Source of the DNA: Azolla caroliniana
Taxonomy: Eukaryota; Plantae; Polypodiophyta
Assembly (NCBI GenBank): GCA_043228905.1
Contig: JBHGNT010000015.1
Coordinates: 11,160,001 to 11,224,000 of the forward strand
Direction of reading: 5' to 3'
DNA length: 64,000 bases
Program-made: the position numbers and the translations under genes
The notes under the pieces: model-generated
What the model was told of the DNA's origin: nothing
What the model saw: the letters and a program-made list of their open reading frames with translations, nothing else
Database searches by the model: none
In this document: piece by piece, positions 38,071 through 49,029 of the stretch
Numbering within the stretch: position 1 is the first letter of the stretch
Layout of the letters: each line of letters begins with the position of its first letter

Positions 38071-38577
38071 CCTTCAACTCGAGGACCAAACACATCCAAG
38101 GAAGATACCACTTGCTTCGGGAGAAGGTAGAAGACAAAGAATTTTCTCTGACAAAGATTCACACAAAGGAGAATGGGTCGGACATGCTAAGCAAGGTGTT
38201 GACAACGAACAAGCTGGACGTGTGTTGAAGACGGTTCGGATTGACGAGACATCCCAGGTCAGAGTGAACGGGGATTTTGTTGGGAAAGTAGTCCCCCTCT
38301 GGATGGGATCCGGATGAGAAATGAACGAGCCAAATCAGACGAGTCGGAGGAAGGAACCAGACTAGATGGATACGGACAATATTAAGCTAGATCCGGGACA
38401 TATTAATAAATATGTTTCGATGTGACTGTTGAGGTCATATTTGTAAATATCCCCAAAGTTATATAATTATAAATATAACTAGGGTAATAACTGTAGTGAT
38501 CATCGTGTGTTGTATAGAGAGACAAAGAGATAGAGAGAGAGAGAGAGTTGGAGAAGTCACTTCTATTGTAACCGCCT
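38071..38577 (+). mobile_element. Copia (Tork-like) RNase H tail, PPT and truncated LTR
   Basis: FNSRTKHIQGRYH..REKVE...ENGSDML, then PPT gagtgaacggggattt and LTR starting TGTTGGG at 38278. Confidence 0.8.
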
Positions 38578-41500
38578 TTCGCTACGAGTCGTGCTTTGTA
38601 GCGGTTGACGGAACCGTCAGCGTTGTACTTCACTTTGTAAATCCATCTGCATCCGATCGCCTTTTTGTGTGGTGAGGTGGGAATGAGATCCCACGTCTCG
38701 TTCTTGTGTAGTGCCTGCATCTCCTCGTTCATGGCTTCGATCCATCAAGGATCCTTGGCTGCTTCGGTAAATGTTTCCGGCTCACGTACTGTCACCATCT
38801 TCATGATAAAGGCATAGTGATATGCCATGTAATCGTTGTAGCCGAATCAGTTGACTAGATTCTTTTCACGGGTGGAGCGACGGAGCTTTTCATTTGCAGA
38901 GATGATGGCTTTCTTAGCTCCGATTGGTACATCGAGGCCGCCAATCTCACTGTCGAGTGAGTGAGTTGACTCATCGTCGTTGAAGTGATCGTCTTCGTAT
39001 TCCGACATTTTCGCCTTGCCTTTGTCCATCTTCAGGCTAGGCCGTGATGTGCTTTGATCGCTCAAAGGCTCTTGTGGTCCGCTCAGTTGGGTCGTGATCG
39101 AACTTTCTTCGAACATGCGTGTAAGGCGATCTTCATCCTCTATCTCTTGTTCGGCGGATTCTGGGTTGAGCGGAGTCGGAGTCGAAGTTGTCTCTGGTGC
39201 GTACTAGGATGCGGACTCGTCAAAAACGACGTTTCGACTTACTCGAGATTTTCGAGTTGAGGGGTTGTAGCACTTGTACCCCTTTTGCTCCAGTGAGTAT
39301 CCTACAAGGATACATTTCTCCGACTTCGGGTCAAGCTTTTGACGCTTCTCGTCGGGGATGTGCACATACGTTATCACGCTGAATATCCGGGTGTGCGATA
39401 AGTCCGGCTTCTTTCCGAAGTTTTTTTCGTGCGGAGTGTTCTTGTGCACTCCGGATATTGTGCATTGGTTCATTAGGTAGACGGCCGTATTTGTATCTTC
39501 GGCCCAATATGACTTGGGCATATGCTTCTCGTTCATCATGGCCCGCGCTACTTCGAGGACGTGCCGATTTTTGTGCTCGGCTACTCCGTTTTGTTGCAGA
39601 GGGTGTCGGCAAGTGAATTCTCGCCGAATTCCTTCCTTTCGGAGATACGCCGTGAAATTGTCCGAGAAGTACTCCTTGCCGCCATCCAAATGAAGGCATG
39701 GTACATGACGACCAATGGCTTTTTCAACTTCGTTTTTAAACCTTTGGAAGTGTCTGAACACTTCGCTCTTTTGCCGCATCGGATAGAGCCACGTGTGCCT
39801 GGAGAAGTCGTCGATGAAGAGCACGTAATATCGGCATCCGCCGAATGTAGCCGTTTGTGCCGGTCCCCATACGTCAGAATGGACTACGTCGAGTAGACCT
39901 TTGCTCACGTTCCACTCTTTCAGGAATGGGTGTTGGTGTTGCTTGCTGAATTGGCACGCTTCACATACACCTTGAATCTCCTTCTCTCTGAATGTCGGGA
40001 GTCTGATGACGACTCCTTTCGATTTCATTGCTTTGAGTTTGTTGAGATTGATGTGGCCGATTCGCTTGTGCCATAGCTCTATGTCGGAGTCAACTTTCGT
40101 GCTTTTTGCGAACATGGCGGATTTCATCTCTTGTGAATCGAGAATGAACATCCGACCCTCTCTTCTTCCGCGCGCGATGGTTCGGCCCTCTTTTTCGATG
40201 AAGCATCCTTCTTGGTCGAATCGTACTTACATCCCTTGCTCAACCATTTGGCCGACCGAGACCAAATTCTTCATGATGGTGGGAACATGTAAGAGATTTT
40301 TATTGTATGTTTGCTTACCTCTTTCGCCGAACGGAACATTGCCGATGTGCCGAATTGGGTGCGTAGTGTCATCTCTGGTTTCAACATAACCAGGTCGCTC
40401 CGGCTCTCGAAGTTCGAGAAACCATTCTTTATGAGATGTCATATTGTTTGAGGCTCCGGGGTCAACAAACCATACGTCTTTCAGATTAAGGGCACTAGTT
40501 GAGGTAGAGGCCGACATAGAGTTTGCTCTATGTTTCATCATGAACATTCCGCCACGGTCGGAATTGTGTGCATACATTTTGCCACGATCTTCGTAGTCGG
40601 AGTTGTGCTCGTACATTCCGCTATACTCATCGTAGTCGGAATTGTGCGCGTAATTCGTCAGTTGTCGGCTTGTGGGAGCCGATTCGCGCATCTTCTTTTG
40701 GCACTCTTCTTCGTGGTAGCCGAGCTTTCTGCAATATCCACATTCAGTTGCGTTTTGACGGCTCGGGCCAGAGTGGAAGCTCCCCCTTCTTGCAAAGGTT
40801 CCTCGTTGGCTTCCGTTTTGCGGCCAAAATTGGGAGTTGTTGTTGTAGGCCGGTCCTCGTCCGCCTTGTCCTTGGCGGAATCGGCCTCTCCCTCGTCCAC
40901 ATCCTCTTCCTCCGTTCGAGAGCGTGTAGTGCATGTGGCCTTCCGACTCATTGCTCCTTGTACGCATGTGGTTTGCATCGCGCCGAACCGTGGTGCGAGG
41001 CCGCCGAGGCATACTTGCACCATCTCATAATCATCGATATTTACGCTTATCGAGTGGAGTGAGTCGCAAAGCTCCTTGATCTTCAAGGTGTATGTCGTGA
41101 TGAAAATGTCCCTTTGTTGAATGTTGTTCAACTTTTGGCAGAGTTGAAGCCTTCTTGCGGTTGTGTTCGCCGCGAAAAGCTTTCGTAGATTTTCCCATGC
41201 CTCCTTCGGTGTCTTGGCTTCGCGAATGTAGCCGAGCATGTGATCGTGAACACATGTCGCCAAGCAATACATCACGCGGCTTGCTCCCATGTTGCGTATC
41301 CAGGAGCCGTTTCGACGGGTCGGTCTTCGTGCGCTCCTTTGATGTAGCTCCAATAGCCTTGTCCGACAAGGTATTGGTGCATCTTGTACTCCCAAGATGC
41401 GAAGTTGTTTCGAGCCAACTTCTCGGTAGGAAGAGCGCTCCCCATTTGAGTATTCATTATGTCGATTCTTCTTCTTCTTCTTCTCTCTTCGAATGCGAGC

Positions 41501-41661
41501 TATGTAGCGAAGCTACGATAGCGATAGGCCGGTTCTTGGTCGTCGGCATAGGACACAACGCACGTAGATGGGCTAGATCGAGCTACCAAGTCGCTGTGAT
41601 GCCATGTAAAGAATCAAGATATGGATTTTATGCAGCGGAATAGATATGAACTGTGTGTGTG

Positions 41662-41710
<49 letters not shown>

Positions 41711-42014
41711 ATGAGTAAGACACAGAGAATACACAAGGTAAAGTATATTAACAAAGGAGAAAGACTCAACATTATACAAGGTGGGAGGAGGGTGCTTTAT
41801 ATAGTCACCCTCTCTCTTCATTAACTACAAGACTCATGGAACATGGGGAATGTGAAAGCTCATAAGTTATGTGCCATAGAATATGATTCTATGACTCATA
41901 CTAAATGCTAGAATACAAAGTGGTGACATAATGGTGACTCTTGACCGTTGGAGTTTCTATTCACTCTCAAGGTAAGTTCACACACTAGACCAAGTTGAGC
42001 TTGATTCTCAACAC
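38578..42014 (-). mobile_element. Copia element B: 5' LTR (~41605-42014), gag, PR, GAG-pre-INT, INT, start of RT; 3'-truncated
   Basis: Gag LPTEKLARNNFASWEYKM, zinc knuckle CGYCRKLGYHEEEC, WFVDPGAS, INT ORF 39204-40151. RT start [10 protein letters not shown] is joined to a foreign LTR. Confidence 0.9.
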
Positions 42015-43331
42015 CATGAAAAGAAAGAAGAGTGATTGTATGCAGTAGTAGGACTGTGTGTGAGTGTGTGTGCATATGAGCACTTATGCGAAACTGAAAG
42101 AGAGAGAGAGAGTCTTAAGATGAGAAAACTATGTATTACATCCAATAGTAACAAAGATACAAAGGGTTGGTTTAAATACCAACTAAACTAGGGCAAGGAC
42201 TCTTTCTACTATTTACAAAACTAGCATGGTATGTCCATGAGCTAGTGTGAAACCTATTTCTATGGGAAGTTGAGTTCGATTCTCAACACATACGGTCGAT
42301 GGTGAGGAAGAGTACTAGCTTTTACCTTATAAAAAATGTCAGCGTAATGATGATACTTCTTTGGAAGTTGAATTGTTGACTCCTCGTTATGGGTGTTGGA
42401 AGATTTCACTGATACTGCGAATACAAATATTGATTCTTTGCATCCTTCCTTACGTAATTGATGTAGCGAAATGGTTGAAATTTTGTGAGTAGATTCTTGA
42501 GATTGTCGATACCTGATTTCTCTTGTTCTTCAATCTATGTTCGGATTGTATAATTCGAACCATGGTAACCCCAAAATAGTTGGATGCTTTGGACTACTAA
42601 TTATATTAAATGATACCAAACACACCAAATTATTTAGGACAACACTAATCGGCTCTAATTCTTCTACGATATTTCTAGAAGCAATGGGGTGACCATCAAT
42701 GACTACTACAGAATCTGGGCAAGGGAGTTTTTTTAGGGATATCTTATAAGATTGGGCGAAATTCGTATCCATGAAGCAAGAATTGACTCCGGAATCTAGG
42801 AATACTAAGACATGTACTCGAGGGTTACTGTTAGTACTAATTGTTACTTGAGCTAGGAAGACATTGCTAACTTATTTAGAGGGAATGGAACCACTAATGG
42901 GCTGCACAGATCTAGGGCTGTCTAACCAAACAACTCCAATTTCGGCTGGACATAGTCGTTTAACTCTTCTTCTAGTTGACTAAGGACTTCAAATTTGTTT
43001 ATCCATCGGAATTGGAGTATTTGCTGGAGGTGCATTATATGACTCCCGACAATCGTTGATTTTCTTGTTCTAGCGCTACAAACTTTTCTTTCAAGCACTT
43101 GAGCTTTGAGAAGACAGATTGGTATTCTTGAACGCTAATAGTTGCCATAATATTGGAGGAAGGAAGGATATGAAGATTTGTATGAAGGGAATGAGGGCTA
43201 CGAAGATGGGAAATTTGGTTCAAACTATCAGGGATAGTATTACATGCAAGGAGAATTAGTATTAAAGAGAGAGGAGAAGAATGAGAATTAGTACTAAGAA
43301 GGGAATGAGTGTGTGAGAATCACAAGAGAGA

Positions 43332-43381
<50 letters not shown>

Positions 43382-44229
43382 AGAGAGATAATAATTACAA
43401 CAGGAAAGTATATTATATTATATTAAATGAAGGAAGATACAAGAACAACTAGGAGGCTTAAGACTAGCATTGAACTGAATTGGTTCTTAATAATACCATG
43501 TGCCTCAATGTATAGTATTGTCAGGACTACTCCTGAAGTTTCTAGAATGATCCAAAGTAATCTTGGAATATACATGAATTTCCTATTGTGAAATAATAAA
43601 TGAAAATTGTATTTTTTGTAGTACAATGCATGGTTTAATGGTAAAGGTTCAACCCTTGTGACAGAAGGTCATGGGTTCAAATCCTTTTGGAGTCATACCA
43701 TGCCATATCATGACACCTTCAACTCGAGGACCAAACACATCCAGGGAAGATACCACTTGCTTCGGGAGAAGGTAGAAGAAAAAGAATTTTCTCTGACAAA
43801 GATCCACACAAAGGAGAACGGGTTGGACATGCTAACCAAGGTGCTGACAACGAACAAGCTGGACGTGTGTTGAAGACGGTTCGGATTGACGAGACATCCC
43901 ATGTCAGAGTGAACGGGGATTTTGTTGGGAAACTAGTCCCCCTCCGGATGGGATCCGGATGAGAAATGAATGAGCTAAATCGGACGAGTCGGAGGAAGGA
44001 ATCAGACCAGATGGATACGGATAGTATTCGGCTAGATCCGGGACATATTAATAAATATGTTTCGATGTGACTGTTGAGGTCATATTTGTAAATATCCCTA
44101 AAGTTATATAAGTATAAATATAACTAGGGTAAGAATTGTAGTGATCATCGTGTGTTGTATAGAGAGACAAAGAGATAGAGATAGAGAGAGTGAGAGAGAG
44201 TTGGAGAAGTCACTTCTGTTGTAACTGCC
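41602..44229. repeat. Local segmental duplication, copy 2
   Basis: Colinear with 35982-38577. Confidence 0.93.
43226..43715 (-). mobile_element. Tcn1-like LTR (duplicated copy) with tRNA-like module at 43631-43684
   Basis: Paralog of 37592-38070. A box TGGTTTAATGG (43631), B box GGTTCAAATCC (43674). Confidence 0.85.
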
Positions 44230-44461
44230 GGTTAGCGAAGACAGAGCTCGAGGTCGTTGTCTTGGAATCTCACATTGTAGTACCTCTTCTCATAGTGATC
44301 CTGTTCGGAGTCTGAGAACTCTCATGGTTTTACCTCTCGAGGTTTTCCACCTAAACATTTGGTGTCGTCTCGTTTGTCTTGTGAAGTGCATTGATTCTAC
44401 TTTATGTTCAATCTTCAATTTGTATTTAAGTCTCAGTTGTGGCCGAGCATGATTCTCATCA
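43716..44461 (+). mobile_element. Copia (Tork-like) RH tail, PPT and 3' LTR (43923 to ~44461)
   Basis: RTKHIQGRYH motif, PPT, and TGTTGGG...ctcatCA. Similar to the LTR at 57035. Confidence 0.78.
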
Positions 44462-44568
44462 TAAATAGGAGGGTGTTCTTAGCAATTAGCGGTGTCGGGG
44501 TAGTTGTGGTATTTCATAAACCCTAAACCTAGGATAAGTACAATGATGGAAATATGTTTAAAAAAAGA

Positions 44569-45310
44569 CATATTTCATAAACCCTAACCCAAATTTCTGA
44601 AATAACCCAAAAAGTCACCAAACCCTATTCTATTTCTGTTAATCTCCATAAGCCTAAAACTTCTGTAATCCGAATCTTGGGATAGATTGTAATTTTTCTT
44701 TTCTTTGCTAATGAAAATTACCAAACTTTCTCATTTCGGTTAATTCATAAAACATAAACGCATGAATCTGGTATCCTCTAGTCGGAGGCCTTGGGGTCCT
44801 GCCTCACGTTCACGTATCTTTGTCGTATTTTCGCGACATCGGCCATGGCGTTGTCTTTCCTGAAAATATGCCGTATCTCCGGATTAAGGGACTTTATGTA
44901 AGCGATCGACCTGAGCATTGCCAAGTCTAGAGTCGTGCATCCGGAAACCATACCGAGAATCGGTAGGTAGTCCGTCTCGATAATTACCTCAGTCCCGATC
45001 AAGTAATCGTTATCGGCATTAATTGCCGAAACGATACCCCATAATTCTCTCTTGACTTAGGCGTATCCTTGTTGTCCCTCGTTTAACACCTTAGCACCGA
45101 ACCGGATGATGAACCTCGCTCCGGCTTCGTCCTCTTGGTTGACCACCCATCTGATTCTAGTCGGACTTGTATCAACTGTAACATAGATTGGAGTGTTCTT
45201 TGTATACACGGATTTTTGGAGAGCCGGTGTCGTTGTTGCTGGGAAATTGGTCCCTCCGGATGGGATCCGGTTATGGATGAAGAGGACCCAGTGAGAACCG
45301 GAAGAGAAAA
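44569..45310 (-). mobile_element. Repeat block with a gypsy RNase H fragment; second copy at ~56388-57108
   Basis: ELWGIVSA...IGTEVIIETDYLPILGM...LRWIAYIKSLNPEIRHI is a gypsy RH. Near-identical copy about 12 kb away. Confidence 0.8.
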
Positions 45311-45439
45311 ACTAGGGTTAGGGTTTACGAAATATGGCTTAGAAAAAAAAAAAAATCATCAATTGTTGAAGGATACGAAGCCACACTCACTAAAGGTAAA
45401 GATAGTATTGGTTGCGATATAGGTCTAAATATCACAGGG

Positions 45440-47700
45440 AATGGAAGTAATGAGACTACTATCATAGAGAGAAAGGTTGTAGACTATTTCAATGTTTAAA
45501 CCAAGCACATCAGCAATGAAGACAAGAAGGTAGTACTTTATGAAATATTAAATGATCCATCGATAAAGGAGTTAGCTGATTGTGATGGTCTTAATGCAAA
45601 CATAACATCTGTACTAGTAAATAATCTCCGAAATAGTTTCGTATCCATGAGCAGGTCAGAAGATGATCTTGTCTTAAAAATGTCTAGTTTAATGATGTTA
45701 CTTAATAGTGATGTTGACGATATTAACATCAGTGTGCTATCTAAGGTAATTGGTGTTAGTAGAAAAAGTGTGTACAATACATTGAATCAGATAGTTTCCT
45801 TGGGTGAAGGAACTAGTCTTCTAAAGCTAACAACAAGATGTAAGCCAATGACACCCATAACATCAGAAATCAAGGATATAATCACAATATTTTGGACTAA
45901 TGAGAGTAGGGTTTCACCCAATAAGAAGGATTTATGTAGGAAACGTGTTGGAAGGAGTCAATACGAGGAGCATCCCATTCTTCTTCTTGATGTACCTCAG
46001 GTATTTACATTTATCTCAACATTTGTTTTGACTTTTGAGCTTAGTTAATTAGGTTATTAACTACCTCCGAATATGACCATACCAGAATAGCTAATTACCT
46101 ACCTCAGAATATGACCATAGCTAACTAGCTACCACAATAGCTAATTAGCTCCCTAAGAATATAAAACATAGTTATTTGCTACTAGAATAGCTAATTAGCT
46201 ACCATTCATAGCTATTTAGCTACCACAATAACTAATTAGCTGCCTATAACAATAGCTAATTAGCTACCAGACTAGCTAATTAGTTGCTTATGACTATAGC
46301 TAATTAGCTACCAGAATAGCTAATCCCCTACTAGAATAGTTAATTATCTACCTAAGAATATGAGCATAGCTATTTAGCTACCAAAATAGCTAATAAACTG
46401 TGTATGACTATTGCTAATTAGCTATTAGAATAGCTAACTAGCTATTCTTAATAGCTAATTTAGTTATTACCAGCTAATTAGCTACTAGGATAACTAATTT
46501 GCTACCAGAATAGCTAATTTGCTACCAATCATAACAAATTAACTAGCACTCTCAGATAATTAGCTACCTCTGACTACAACTATTTAGCTACCATAATAGC
46601 TAATTAGATACCTAAGAATATGAGCATAGCTATTTAGCTACCCGAATAGCTAATTAATTGTGTATGACTAGCTAATTAGCTATCAGAATAGCTAACTAGC
46701 TAACTAGCTAATTAGCTAATTAACTGCATATGACTATAGCTAATTAGCTACCAGATTAGCTAACTAGCTATTCACAATAGCTAATTTAGCTATTACCAAC
46801 TAATTAGTTGCTAGGATCGCCAATTAGCTACCAGAATAGTTAATTAGCTACCAATCCTAGCTAACTAACTATTCCCAATTGCTAATTAGTTATTTCCAGC
46901 TATTTAATTTCCAGGATAACTAATTAGCAACTAGATTAGCTAACTAGCTATTCCCAATAGCTAATTTAGTTATTACCAGCTAATTAGTGGCTAGGATAGC
47001 TAATTAGCTACCAAAATAGCTAATAAGCTAATTAGTTGCTAGGATAGCTAATTAGCTACTAGAATAGCTAATTAGCTACCAATCATAGCTAACTAACTAT
47101 TCCCAATAGTTAATTAGTTATTACCAGCTATTTAACTGCCAGGATAGCTAATTAGCTACCAGAATAGTTTATTAGCTGCTATAACAGGTTTGGAGCATAG
47201 ATATAGAGCTAATCAGTATGTCCATTTTATTACACAGGTCGATTTATTTATTAGGTTCAGACGAATGCATCCAAATATCAAAGTTCAAATACAAACATTC
47301 GAGTCTCTTAAGCCACACTTTGTGAGACACTTGAAGGATCGATACACATGTTGTTGCATTTACCATGTACAAATGGGTTTTCTCAAGTACTTTGTTAATC
47401 TACTATGTCACCATAGCACCTCCCTAAGTAATGTAGTTTGCACTTGTGAGTGCCCAATTTGTCGATCAAACCCACAATAGCACTTTAAATCATTTGAGCA
47501 TGTTATCTCTTCCATGAGTTGTCTTTTAGATTCAGTATTGTGTCTGAGAGAAACGGAGGCTATCTTCCACACTCATAAATGTGTCATAGGTTTATGTCAA
47601 GATTGTTGCCCCAGTAGATTTAGGTGGTGTCCAAATGAATTGAGTAGTGAAATATTAATCTTTGTCAAGTTATTTGAGTCACTTGACACCAATTTCAAAG
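45440..47700 (+). pseudogene. Sola2-like DNA transposase gene, intron 46001-47237, truncated by a copia
   Basis: In-frame splice CAG|GT...CAG|GTC joins FWTNESRVSPNKKD..RKR to FRRMHPNIKV...TFESLKPHFV...RYTCCCIYH, followed by a Cys-rich C..G.C..C motif. These match motifs I associate with the Sola2 transposase N-terminal region. In-frame stops are present. Confidence 0.6.
46040..47185. repeat. Palindromic minisatellite array of TAGCTAATTAGCTA units, intronic
   Basis: Dozens of exact or degenerate copies of a 14-bp palindrome separated by short linkers such as ccagaa. Confidence 0.95.
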
Positions 47701-48670
47701 AAAGGTTTGAGTTCCCTTCATGTGATGGGCTGAATTGGCCTCTTCTACCACTGTGACTTCGTCCTCGGCCACCATCCAAATTTGAGAAGAACATTTGTCC
47801 TTCCAATGTCTTGGTTTTGGTTTGGACGTGGTTCTCTTCAACCACTAGCATTGATTGAAGGTTGAAGAACGAAGGAGGATTTTCCCTCGTCAAGATTGCC
47901 GTCCTCAACGAGTCAAATCGTTGTGCAAGACTGCCCAAGCATACTTGAACCATCTCATCTTTGTCAACATTTATTTTGATGGAGCCAAGTGAGTCGCAAA
48001 TGCTCTTGCTCTTGGCGGTGTAGTCTGACACAGACATGTCTGTTTGCCGAATGTTGTTCAACTTTTGTCGGAGTTGAAGCTTTCGGGCGGTTGTGTTGGC
48101 GGCAAACATTTTCTTTAAGTTCGTCCACGCTTCTTTAGGCGTCTTGGCGTCTCGAATGTGGCTAAGCATGTGGTTGTGGACACATGTTGCCAAGCAATAC
48201 ATGACTTGACTCGCCGCTTGCTCCCATGTTGCGTAGTCGACGTTCTTTGAGTCGGGTCGATTTTCTTGTGTGTCGTTGATGTAGCTCCAATACCCTTGGC
48301 CGACGAGGTATTGGGTCATCTTGTACTCCCAAGATGAATAATTGCTCCGGTCTTGCTTTTCAGTAGGGAGCGAGCTACCCATTTGTGTGTTCATGTTGAT
48401 TGTAGTGTCTTCTCTTCTGTTGCTTTTCTTCCTTCGATCACGTACACGTGCTACGTAGCAGCACTACGGTAGCTAATAGCTGGATTTTGTCGTCGGCGTC
48501 TCGAACACACAATCACGGAGTTGGGTGGGCTTAGTGGATTTTCTAAACCACACGCTCTGATACCATGTTCAGAATTAGGTAAGTAATTAAGCAAGGGTTA
48601 ATTAGTACCTAATTATGTGATTAGTTGATATGCGGAAGATTAACTGATATGTGTGTGTATGTGTGTGAGA

Positions 48671-48704
<34 letters not shown>

Positions 48705-49029
48705 GTTAACACTTATGAACAACACAAGATGGGGGATAATTAGCTCTATATTAAATTAGCATTATCATCATCAAATACAAAAATACCCACAATGAGGTAT
48801 ATATAGATCTCATGTGCAAGGGTGCACATGTGTTAGGAGAATGTAGGTGCAAAGGTGTAAGTCGTATATTAAATGTACTTGGGAGTGGAGGATCTAGAAT
48901 ATCCCACTTAAGTACAAGGTCCTATTTAAGGCGTTATAGTCAACACTTCTAACTAGATTCTATCTAGATAACTACGAAGTTACATGGTTGACTAACTAAC
49001 TAAACTATTTTGAGCTTGATCTCTCAACA
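47700..49029 (-). mobile_element. Truncated copia of the same family as 20757: 5' LTR 48566-49029, PBS, gag
   Basis: LTR nearly identical to 24121-24559. PBS TGGTATCAGAGC at 48554-48565. Gag ORF 47597-48394. Confidence 0.92.

Larger units (their letters stand above)
35982..38577. repeat. Local segmental duplication, copy 1 (~2.6 kb; copy 2 at ~41602-44229)
   Basis: Colinear high-identity block: LTR-B, LTR-A, Tcn1 PR and LTR, copia RH tail, part of a copia LTR. Confidence 0.93.

Noticed and set aside
44515-44630. Interstitial telomere
   Set aside because: Only isolated AAACCCTAA motifs inside a dispersed repeat, not a tandem TTTAGGG tract.
46040-47185. CRISPR array
   Set aside because: Linkers are short and recurrent, the context is a eukaryotic intron, and there are no cas genes.
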